Below, piece after piece: positions 38,573 to 47,141 of a stretch of 64,000 nt of DNA. The notes beneath the pieces were generated by a model. The model did no database searches. It saw only the letters and a list, made by a program, of their open reading frames with translations, and was not told the DNA's origin. Within the stretch, counting starts at the first letter, position 1; each line of letters starts with the position of its first letter. Made by a program: the position numbers and the translations under genes. The DNA comes from an uncultured Verrucomicrobiae bacterium (GTDB lineage Bacteria; Verrucomicrobiota; Verrucomicrobiia; Limisphaerales; UBA1100): assembly GCA_937775205.1 (NCBI GenBank), contig CALKBX010000014.1, forward strand, positions 1,054 through 65,053. Reading direction: 5' to 3'.

Positions 38573-39746
38573 TTAGAAGCTGTAGATCAGGTTCAGCGCG
38601 ATCGTATCCTGCGATTGGCCACGGCTAACGCCGTCTCCTTGTTGTGCAGCATCCGAGTTATGCTGGTCATGACGCCACTCGATGCGGGAAGTAACATTTT
38701 CCCAGATCTTGTGGTTAACGCCGAGGGTTAACGACTGCAAGTCGTCAGCATTCTCGAAGCTATCCACGGATTGGAGAGTTCCATCACCGTCAAGATCGGC
38801 ATTGATGTTACCGATTTCCGCACGTGCGTTGATAGTTGTATCAGCGTTTAATGCGTAGCTCAGATGATATCCAAGAACATTAGAGTCAGCTTGGGTTGCA
38901 TGACCGTACTCCACGTGGTCCCAAACGAGCTTGTGAGACAAGTTTGCGATCGGCAGCGGAGTGCTGATGCTTGCGTAGTGGTACTCTGTGTCTTCACCGT
39001 TACCACCAGTAGAAGAATCGGTGGGGCCAGAGACAACGCCGTAGTAGAGCTCACTACCACCAAGGTAGGTGCCAAGGCTATCGGGCAGGGTGTAGGACAC
39101 GGAAGCCAGCCAGGTTTTGCTGGAACCATTACCGCCGGAGCTGCCGTTTGTTGCATTTCCAGTGGTGTTAGCGAGACCGAGTCCAACCGTGAGACCAGCA
39201 GCCAAATCATAGCTGGCCAGAATGCCGGTGTGGTGAGTCGGCTCCACAGCGAATCCCCAAGAATGGGTGTAGAACGTGTTCTCGTTGTAGTTGTAGACTT
39301 CGTTGCCGACGATCGTGCCGAATTGGCCGACCTTCAGGTCAATGCCGTTGCCTACGTCAAGACGCAGATCAATGTTGGCCTGCATCAGTTCAACCGTGCC
39401 GCCTGTGCCGGAATCCTGCGTGCCAATGTCGCTGGCAGCTGGGCCCATCCACAGTTCAACGGTGTAACCGGTCGTCCATGGCGCCGTCGCCCTGTGCGGA
39501 CGAAAGTTTCAGGTCAACCACGTCCAAGCTGAACGCGTTCGAGTTTCAGCCGCGCGGAAGTAGCCCGCCGGTTCCTTGACCGTTGCCGTAGTTGTAGCCA
39601 GTGCTCACATAACCGCTTAGGGTTGTGGAAGCAGCCAGCGCTTCTGCGCCCGCGGCGGCATCTTGCGCCTGAGCGACAGACGAAAGGGAGACGATGCCAG
39701 CGGCAGCGAGACCCATGGTCCATTTATTCATTTTCATATTTTTCAT
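38573..39746 (-). CDS. Outer-membrane beta-barrel protein (BBP2-like), frameshifted near 39450-39550
   Basis: N-terminal piece MKNMKMNKW...LSGYVSTGY (39546-39746) and C-terminal piece ...KIWENVTSRIEWRHD...IYSF; SD AGGAG. Confidence 0.8.
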
Positions 39747-39966
39747 GTACTCCTGTAATAGGTGTTAACTTTTATACTGCAGTTTACTGATACGGGGAGA
39801 ATGCCGAGGCACAAACCCCACGCCCAAAAAGGCGCGTTGCGGGGGGATATACGGGGAATCGCATTCTCATTGCAAGCAAATTCTCACAGAAACTTTACGT
39901 GTCCGTACTAATTTGAAACGAGTTTGAGGGGTTGATTTTGTCTTGGCAATCGCTATCCTCCCGCTC

Positions 39967-40989
39967 ATGCATCGCTTGCTCTTGCTCGTTCCGGCCATCT
40001 CTTTCCTAGCCCTTTGGATAGGGAAAACTCAGGACTCTCCCAAGCCCGCAGCGCCACCCGCTCCGGATGCGGCTGCGATGGCGGCCATTTTCCAGCCACC
40101 ACTCACTGCTCTGGATCGCCTCCCGCGCAGCGCGGAGGACCAGGCGAAAGTGGATCTCGGTCGGCATTTGTACTACGAAAAACGCCTGTCCAGTAATAAC
40201 AAAATTTCCTGTAATTCGTGCCATTTGCTCGATAAATACGGGGTGGATGGGGTGGCTTTCTCGCTGGGCGTGCCCGGCGAACCGGTGGGCCGCAATTCGC
40301 CGACCGTTTATAACGCGTTTTTCCACATCGCCCAATTTTGGGATGGACGTGCCGCCACAGTTGAGGAACAGGCCAAAGGCCCTATTTTAGCGGGAAAAGA
40401 GATGGGAATGCCTAGTGCTGCCGCCGTGGTGGCCAAGCTGAAGGGCATCCGGGAATACCCGCCGCTCTTTAAGAAGGCGTTTCCGCGGGATGATGACGCG
40501 GTTAATTATATGAACGTCGGCACAGCGATTGGGGCGTTTGAGCGGAATTTGGTCACGCCTGGGCGCTTTGATGATTTCCTCGCCGGCAAAACCTCCGCCC
40601 TTACAAAACGCGAGCAAAAAGGCCTGAAAACGTTTGTCACCACCGGCTGTGTCACCTGCCACACGGGTCCGTTGGTGGGGGGGAACAGCTACCAAAAGCT
40701 CGGCCTCGTGAAGCCTTGGCCCAATCAAGCCGACCTCGGACGCTCTGCAATCGTAGGCAATGATGCGTTTAAGATGTTCTTCAAAGTGCCGAGCTTGCGG
40801 AACATTGAGAAAACTGGCCCGTATTTCCATGATTCCAGCGCCAAAACACTGGAAGCAGCTGTCACCAAAATGGCCGCGCACCAGCTTGGCCGCAAATTGA
40901 GCGGTGAACAGCTTGCGGATATAGTCTCATTTCTCAAAAGCCTCACCGGCAAAATACCCACCGAATACATCAAAAAACGCCCATTCTAG
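39967..40989 (+). CDS. Di-heme cytochrome c peroxidase (CCP/MauG family)
   Basis: CNSCH, RNSPTV, QFWDGRA, CVTCH, FKVPSLRN, PYFHD. Confidence 0.92.
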   Translation: MHRLLLLVPAISFLALWIGKTQDSPKPAAPPAPDAAAMAAIFQPPLTALDRLPRSAEDQAKVDLGRHLYYEKRLSSNNKISCNSCHLLDKYGVDGVAFSLGVPGEPVGRNSPTVYNAFFHIAQFWDGRAATVEEQAKGPILAGKEMGMPSAAAVVAKLKGIREYPPLFKKAFPRDDDAVNYMNVGTAIGAFERNLVTPGRFDDFLAGKTSALTKREQKGLKTFVTTGCVTCHTGPLVGGNSYQKLGLVKPWPNQADLGRSAIVGNDAFKMFFKVPSLRNIEKTGPYFHDSSAKTLEAAVTKMAAHQLGRKLSGEQLADIVSFLKSLTGKIPTEYIKKRPF

Positions 40990-41119
40990 GCGAATTTAAT
41001 CCCGATTTTACCGCACAAAAAATCCACTTTGACGGGTGAATAAAGCCCCCGCCCTCGCGTCTCAATTACAGACACGCCACTCAGGCAGTCGAACAGGAGG
41101 CATTATAGACAGGTTGGGT

Positions 41120-41158
41120 AGCCCGTCGGCTCTGGCAACAGACCGACGGGCTTTTTTT
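41120..41158 (+). terminator. Strong intrinsic terminator, possibly ending a small RNA or leader
   Basis: AGCCCGTCGG...CCGACGGGCT followed by a T-tract. Confidence 0.75.
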
Positions 41159-41206
41159 GCGGACATTTTTGCCGACAACTTGGGCGCGGACTGCCACCCT
41201 CCGCCG

Positions 41207-41761
41207 ATGGGCGAACTCGATCCCCAACTCGACCAATTTCTCCGCCGCCAACCGACCCTCGGCGAAGGCGTGTACCTTGCCAGCACCGCAGTCGTTGTGG
41301 GCGATGTCTCCTTCGGCGATCACTCCAGCGTTTGGTACCACGCCGTGCTGCGCGGCGATATCAACTTCATCAAGATCGGCCATCACACCAATATCCAAGA
41401 CGGCACCGTCGTCCATCTTGCCGATGACTTCCCCTGCGAAATCGGCAACTGGACTACCATCGGCCACAGCGCCGTCGTCCACGCTTGTCGCATCGGCGAT
41501 GAATGCCTCATCGGAATGAACAGCACCGTGCTTGATGGCGCCGTCATCGGCTCCCAATCCATCATCGGCGCAAATGCACTTGTCACCGGCGGTACCCAAA
41601 TTCCCGAAGGCTCTCTCGTCCTCGGCAGCCCCGCCAAAGTCATCCGCCCCCTCACCCCCGAGGAACGCGCCGACCTAAAACCATGGGCCCAAAAATACGT
41701 CGACAACACCGCCTATTGTTTGAAGCACAAATTGAATGTCGGCGCGCCGTTGGCTACTTGA
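41207..41761 (+). CDS. Gamma carbonic anhydrase family protein
   Basis: VLRGD, TNIQDGTVVH, TIGHSAVVHAC, GSPAK. Confidence 0.9.
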   Translation: MGELDPQLDQFLRRQPTLGEGVYLASTAVVVGDVSFGDHSSVWYHAVLRGDINFIKIGHHTNIQDGTVVHLADDFPCEIGNWTTIGHSAVVHACRIGDECLIGMNSTVLDGAVIGSQSIIGANALVTGGTQIPEGSLVLGSPAKVIRPLTPEERADLKPWAQKYVDNTAYCLKHKLNVGAPLAT

Positions 41762-41820
41762 AAATCCCCGATTGAGCTTGCCAGCCGCCCTTGTGTTTGG
41801 CAAACAGGACGACCTTATTT

Positions 41821-41896
41821 GCGCGGTTAGCTCAGTTGGTAGAGCATCACCTCGACACGGTGGAGGTCATTGGTTCGAGCCCAATACCGCGCACCA
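41821..41896 (+). tRNA. tRNA-Val(GAC)
   Basis: Cloverleaf with GCGCGGT/ACCGCGC acceptor stem, D arm, anticodon loop TCGACAC, TTCGA T-loop and encoded CCA. Confidence 0.95.
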
Positions 41897-43282
41897 TCTT
41901 TATCCCGGTTTGTTTAGAGCCAGAACGACAAGGTTTCGATAATTTTGGTATTAGGAAGAATCCCAGGAAGCATAATTTTCGGGACAGGCTACTTGGTGTA
42001 TTTCGGCACGGATCCATCCCCGGTTGACTTCCCGCCATCAAGAATCCAAGCGAGGTTGAAACGTGCTACTGTTGAGCCGCCTTTGGGCCCACCTTCAAAG
42101 TGGTGAAAGATCATTCCTTCAGTGATTGTCCCCGGGCGGCCGGAGGTGATAGAGGAGTAAGCGTGTCTGCCTGCATAAACTAATTTTTTGATTGGCCAGC
42201 TTTTGCCGCCGTCGAAGCTGGCCCACACGGTTCCGTGGTCGCGACCGCTGGGACTGTCGCAATTGCTATAGATCAGGATGTCGTGCCCTTTGACTGCCAG
42301 TCGGGTGAGGCCACCCATGCAGCCGTAATTAGTGTTTTGAGGGCCATCAGGAAGGACTTCGCAAAATTTCAGGTCTTTCCATGTTTTACCTCCGTCCGTG
42401 CTGGTTGCGGTCCAACGACGACGAGGGTTGGCTCCTTCCTCAGCCCAGTGTCGACGTGAGTTATAATAAATTGTCCCATCACTCAATTCAGCAAGGGTTG
42501 CTTCGCCGGTTCCGTTAGCAGGGAAAGGCTCACTGCTGTGCCAGGTTTTGCCTCCGTCATCACTATAGATGGCGTTGGTGTAATGATTCGGCCAAGAGTC
42601 ACTAGCATTCTTTCCCGCATAGAAACGGGAAGGGCGAAGGAGCCTTCCCTTATGTTTGCCATGACGCAGGGTAATGCCGTGCTCATTCATGTGCATGGAA
42701 GGCGCATTGCCTTTTGAGTCAGGCTTAATGTTGGTCTTAATTTTCCGCCATGATTTGCCATCATCACTGCTGCGGAAGACGTGAATCGGGGCGGGCGGAT
42801 GACGGTCCTCGACAAACGCGATGATGTCTCCATTGGTTTCGTTGACGGTTAGCCCACCGGTCTGGAACCCAGGTTTGGCGATGACAATTTCTGGGCCCCA
42901 GGTTTTGCCGCCATCTTCGCTGCGTTTGGCCCGGACGTGGCTGGTGCCCCAGGTGGCAATCACAGTACCCTTCATGCTGACCACAATGTTACCAAAACGT
43001 TCTCCTTTGAAAACCTGTTGAAGATCATGGTGTGGTTTAGTGAGGTGCGGCTTTAATGGCCCCTCCACTTCGGCACCCTGAGAATTCCTTGCCGAAAGAA
43101 TTACGGCAAATAACAAAATAAATGTAAATGAAGGCTTGAGCATATGTGCCAACAGAATGGCAAATGATAGGCGGAAGGCAATCGGAAAAACGCCTGATTT
43201 TAGAGTACCACCAGAATAGAGATCGACTTGAAGGAGAGCGTTGGAGGTCATTGGTTCGAGCCCAATACCGCGTACCATCTTT
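41861..43282. mobile_element. Integrase-less genomic islet at tRNA-Val, bounded by a 41-bp direct repeat
   Basis: TGGAGGTCATTGGTTCGAGCCCAATACCGCG(C/T)ACCATCTTT at 41861-41901 and 43242-43282. Confidence 0.8.
41989..43143 (-). CDS. Secreted sialidase-like BNR/Asp-box protein
   Basis: Signal peptide and five Asp-boxes (SEDGGKTW, SSDDGKSW, SDDGGKTW, STDGGKTW, SFDGGKSW), plus AYS. Confidence 0.85.
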   Translation of the reverse strand: MLKPSFTFILLFAVILSARNSQGAEVEGPLKPHLTKPHHDLQQVFKGERFGNIVVSMKGTVIATWGTSHVRAKRSEDGGKTWGPEIVIAKPGFQTGGLTVNETNGDIIAFVEDRHPPAPIHVFRSSDDGKSWRKIKTNIKPDSKGNAPSMHMNEHGITLRHGKHKGRLLRPSRFYAGKNASDSWPNHYTNAIYSDDGGKTWHSSEPFPANGTGEATLAELSDGTIYYNSRRHWAEEGANPRRRWTATSTDGGKTWKDLKFCEVLPDGPQNTNYGCMGGLTRLAVKGHDILIYSNCDSPSGRDHGTVWASFDGGKSWPIKKLVYAGRHAYSSITSGRPGTITEGMIFHHFEGGPKGGSTVARFNLAWILDGGKSTGDGSVPKYTK

Positions 43283-43285
43283 TAC

Positions 43286-44518
43286 TTACTTTTGTGGCGC
43301 AGGCTCCGGCGCGTTGGCTTCGGGGTTGACGTAGGTGTAGGTGCCGCCGTTTTCCTTGGCGATAATCATGAGCAACGCTTCGCCTCGGCGCCCGCGGATT
43401 TCGTCGCCGAGGCCAAGGGTGTTTACTTTGATGTCCTTGCCGGCGTTGAGTTGATTTACGGTGTCCATCACGCGTGGGTGGAACTGCCCATCAGTGAGCA
43501 GCCAAATTTCCGTGGGCTCATGGCCGAACGCGCCGTTTAGCGCGGGGATGGGATCGGTGCCGCCTCGGGCATCGCGCGTGTCCAGCCATTCGGTCATGCG
43601 GGTGATGTTGTTCGGTGTGGCATCGAGCATGGCGCTGGCGGGCATGGCGTCGGCGTCGCGGTTGAAAAAGTAAATATAAAATTTACTGCCCTCTTCCATT
43701 TGTTGCAGCGTGTTCAACAGCGCCTTCTTGGCCACGGCCAATCGTTCGCCGTGCATGCTGCCGGATTTATCAATGAGAAAAATTAGTCGGCCATCGGAGG
43801 AACCTTTGTCGATGCTGAACCCGCCTTCACCGAATACCACGCCGGCGATGTTGGTGGTGGCGCCGATGCCGGAGACGCCGACGGCGTGTGATGCGGCGTT
43901 GGCGTACACGGCCATTTCTTTAGCGCGCGGTTTTTGATTTTCGTGCGTGGCCAGTTCCACGCGGGCGAGGCGAGGCAGGGCGTTGGTGGAATCCCAAACC
44001 GACTGCCACATCGCATCGGCCCCGTGCGGCCGGAGGTTGATGAGAAACTGCGTGACCCGCGGCAGCAACACCGTGCGGTGCATGCGCGTTACGGAATTCG
44101 TGGCGGCCAAGAGCGCTTCCTGTTTGAGCACCAATTGATGGTCGCCGTCGTGTGTGGGTTCCACGATAAATTGCACGCGGCGCAACGGCGATTGGCCCAG
44201 CGATCGTTCCCCCCAATAACCGGGCGGCACGCGGGTGACTAGCTCGAGCTGGCTGAAACCTTCCGCGCCCTGCCCCGCGATGAAATGCCCCGGCCCGCTT
44301 TGGCGATACCACGAGGCTCCGGCAAGGGCATCGGCCATTGCGCGCAAAGCCATGCGTTCGCGCTGGGTGTTGTCGGCCGTTTCCACGCCGGTACGCGTGG
44401 CGGTGAGCAGCGAGCCGAACACGCCAAACACCATCGTCATTACCAGGGCCAAAATGGCCACGGCGACGAGCACTTCCGGCAAAGTAAAGCCGGCTTTGGA
44501 TTGTTGTTTGTGTGCCAC
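43286..44518 (-). CDS. Prepilin-type (GspJ-like) protein fused to a VWA domain
   Basis: KAGFTLPEVLVAVAIL N-terminus, LPRLARVEL, VWA MIDAS motifs DKSGS, GGT and LLTDG. Confidence 0.8.
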   Translation of the reverse strand: MAHKQQSKAGFTLPEVLVAVAILALVMTMVFGVFGSLLTATRTGVETADNTQRERMALRAMADALAGASWYRQSGPGHFIAGQGAEGFSQLELVTRVPPGYWGERSLGQSPLRRVQFIVEPTHDGDHQLVLKQEALLAATNSVTRMHRTVLLPRVTQFLINLRPHGADAMWQSVWDSTNALPRLARVELATHENQKPRAKEMAVYANAASHAVGVSGIGATTNIAGVVFGEGGFSIDKGSSDGRLIFLIDKSGSMHGERLAVAKKALLNTLQQMEEGSKFYIYFFNRDADAMPASAMLDATPNNITRMTEWLDTRDARGGTDPIPALNGAFGHEPTEIWLLTDGQFHPRVMDTVNQLNAGKDIKVNTLGLGDEIRGRRGEALLMIIAKENGGTYTYVNPEANAPEPAPQK

Positions 44519-44567
44519 GGGAACGGTGAAAGTTTTACCGCAAAAGACGAGCGTGCACAAGTAGGGA

Positions 44568-45941
44568 TTACACCTCCACCGCTTCACCCGGTGCGGGTTG
44601 GTGGATGATCAGTTTCGGCAGGCGCTCGCGCAGGGTTTGCTCCATCCAATCGCGGGCCTCGGGTTCGCCGTGGCCGAGGAGGATGGTGCGGGGGTTGAGG
44701 CGCACGGCGAAGTCCACCAATTCATCACGATCGGCGTGGGCGGTGAGGTCGTAGCATTCCATTTCGCAATGGCGGGTGAGTTCGCCGCCGCTGTCGCTGA
44801 AGTGAAAGGCTTCCCCGCGAGCGGCGGCGCGTAGTCGGCCCGCGGGCGTGTCGGGCGCGGCGTAGCCGACGAAGTGAATCGCGTGGCGTTCGACCGGCGC
44901 CATGCGCACCGCCAGTTCGTGCGCCGCAGTGTGCTCGCTCATCATGCCGGCGGTGATGACAAAGAGCTGGCCGTCGAGATTGATTTTGTTCATATCCCGC
45001 CGCTCGAGCACGCGAAGATCCAGCGCCTCGTGCAGATTGAGGTCCGGCCTGCGATTGGGCGCGCGGCCGGAAACGAGGTCATAAATTTCCGTGAACACCC
45101 GCCCCAAGCCGCCAATGTAAATGGGTTGTTTGCGCAGCTCGCCGCGTTGCATCGCCAGCGCGATCATGCCCAAAACTTCCTGCGTGCGGCCGAGCGCAAA
45201 CACCGGCACGAGCACGCCCGCCTTGCGGTCGAGCCCGGCGCGGATGGCATCCAGAAAACGCTTGGCCTCTTTGTCGCGCGTGAAGCCTTCGGGCGATTCG
45301 GTGTTGCCACGGGTGGTTTCCAAAATGAGCACATCGGCTTTCACGCCGTCGAAATCCGCCTTGGGCGAGAGGGTTTGATCGTGGAAACACACGTCGCCGG
45401 TGTAAAATAAACTTTCCTTCCCGTGCGCCACGCGGATGCCTGCGGAGCCCAGCACGTGGCCGGCGTGGTGGAAGGACAGCGTGGGCGATTCCTCTTCGCC
45501 CGTGAATGCGCCCCACGGTTCTTCGTGGCCATATTTAAAGCCTTGGAATAAATAGGATAGCTCGTCGATTTCCTCGTGGCTGTACAGCGGGTAATCACAA
45601 ATGCCTTGCTCCACACGCTGGCGTTTCATCACGTTCACGGAATTGTGCAGCACGCGTTCCACGATGAAATAGCTCGGCTCAGTCATCAACACCCGCGCGC
45701 GGGGAAAGTGCCGCAACGCGACGGGCAACGAGCCGCAGTGATCGTGATGGCAATGCGAGAGCGCGATGGCTTCCACATCAGCATTTGCCACCTGCGAATA
45801 GCGCGGCAGTCCTTTGCTTCCCTCCATGCCCGGATGCGTGCCGGCATCGAGCAGAAGGGTGTGGTCGCCGTTTTCCATAAACTCGATGAGCCAGGCGCTG
45901 GCGCCGATGGTGTCGGCGGGGTTGAGATTGGTCACACGCAC
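44568..45941 (-). CDS. MBL-fold beta-CASP ribonuclease
   Basis: SHCHHDH, AGHVLGSA, YTGD, FALGRTQE, TAHAD, HGE. Confidence 0.9.
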   Translation of the reverse strand: MRVTNLNPADTIGASAWLIEFMENGDHTLLLDAGTHPGMEGSKGLPRYSQVANADVEAIALSHCHHDHCGSLPVALRHFPRARVLMTEPSYFIVERVLHNSVNVMKRQRVEQGICDYPLYSHEEIDELSYLFQGFKYGHEEPWGAFTGEEESPTLSFHHAGHVLGSAGIRVAHGKESLFYTGDVCFHDQTLSPKADFDGVKADVLILETTRGNTESPEGFTRDKEAKRFLDAIRAGLDRKAGVLVPVFALGRTQEVLGMIALAMQRGELRKQPIYIGGLGRVFTEIYDLVSGRAPNRRPDLNLHEALDLRVLERRDMNKINLDGQLFVITAGMMSEHTAAHELAVRMAPVERHAIHFVGYAAPDTPAGRLRAAARGEAFHFSDSGGELTRHCEMECYDLTAHADRDELVDFAVRLNPRTILLGHGEPEARDWMEQTLRERLPKLIIHQPAPGEAVEV

Positions 45942-46037
45942 GGAGGGAGCCTAAAGGCGTAGGCGGAAACTCGCGAGCCAATTGCTCGGCTTGCGTCGCC
46001 TTGCTTCAAGCGCCGCGCGCGGGTAACCTGCGCGCGG

Positions 46038-47141
46038 ATGCGTTTGCTGGATCGCTATTTGCTGCGCGAATTATTCGTGCCGTTGTTTTACTGCCTTCTG
46101 GGCTTCCAGATTTTCTGGACGGCCTTCGATTTGTTCAGTCGGCTGGACGTGTATCAAAACGCCAATATGGGCACCGGCGAAATCGCGCATTATTATCTGC
46201 TGCAAACGCCGGAGCTACTGACCACCGTGCTGCCGATTGCGCTGCTGTTGGCGCTGCTTTACACGCTCACCAACCACGCGCGCCACAACGAGCTAGTGGC
46301 CATCCGCGCGGCGGGCGTGAGCATGGCGCGGCTGAGCGTCCCCTACTTTGCGGTGGCGGTGGTGCTGGGCGGCGGCTTGTTTCTGGTTACCGAATTCATC
46401 GCCCCCAAGGCCACCGCCGAAGCCACGCGATTGGTCAAGGGCAAGGGAGACACCAATTCCGTGTGGCTGGTGAATCTTGATTTTCGCGATGATTCAAAAA
46501 ATCAAGTTTGGCATATCAAACGGTACAACCCCGCCACCGGCGAAATGGAACAACCCGCCGTGGATTGGGAGGAGCGCGATGCGCGCTATGAATTGTTTGC
46601 CAGCCGGGCCGAATGGAAGCAGGGCACGTGGGTGTTCTACGATGCTCAACTGCAAATCTATCGGCCGCCCACCAATGACCTGCCGCAGTTGCTGGTAACC
46701 AACGTGTTGACCGGCCGGTTTATTGGCGGATCGCCCGCGCAATTGCAGGCGGAAATCAAGGTGAGCCAAATGGACAAAATTATGGCGGCCAAGCGCCTGC
46801 GGCTTTCGCTCGGCGAAATAATGGAATACTGGGAATTACATCCCGGAATGAAAACCGATCGCGCGGCGTTGTTGATGACGCAATTTCACGGGCGATTGGC
46901 GCAGCCGTTCACCTGTCTGGTGGTGGTGCTCGTGGCGCTGCCTTTTGGCGCGGCGGGCGGCCGACGCAATGTGTACGCGGGTGTGGCGGGAAGTGTGGGG
47001 ATTTGTTTTTTTTACTTCGTGCTGTTGCGCTGGGGATTGGCGCTGGGCACGGCTGGCCACATCCCGGCGCTGCTGGCGGCATGGCTGCCGAATTTGATTT
47101 TTGCGGGCGTCGGAATAACGATGCTACGGAAGGTGCCATGA
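46038..47141 (+). CDS. LptF/LptG family LPS export permease
   Basis: LDRYLLRE, ELVAIRAAGVS, AAWLPNLIF. Confidence 0.9.
   Translation: MRLLDRYLLRELFVPLFYCLLGFQIFWTAFDLFSRLDVYQNANMGTGEIAHYYLLQTPELLTTVLPIALLLALLYTLTNHARHNELVAIRAAGVSMARLSVPYFAVAVVLGGGLFLVTEFIAPKATAEATRLVKGKGDTNSVWLVNLDFRDDSKNQVWHIKRYNPATGEMEQPAVDWEERDARYELFASRAEWKQGTWVFYDAQLQIYRPPTNDLPQLLVTNVLTGRFIGGSPAQLQAEIKVSQMDKIMAAKRLRLSLGEIMEYWELHPGMKTDRAALLMTQFHGRLAQPFTCLVVVLVALPFGAAGGRRNVYAGVAGSVGICFFYFVLLRWGLALGTAGHIPALLAAWLPNLIFAGVGITMLRKVP

Noticed and set aside
43144-43278. Sialidase N-terminal extension MVRGIGLEPMTS
   Set aside because: It is the antisense reading of the duplicated tRNA fragment; the same peptide appears opposite the tRNA itself.
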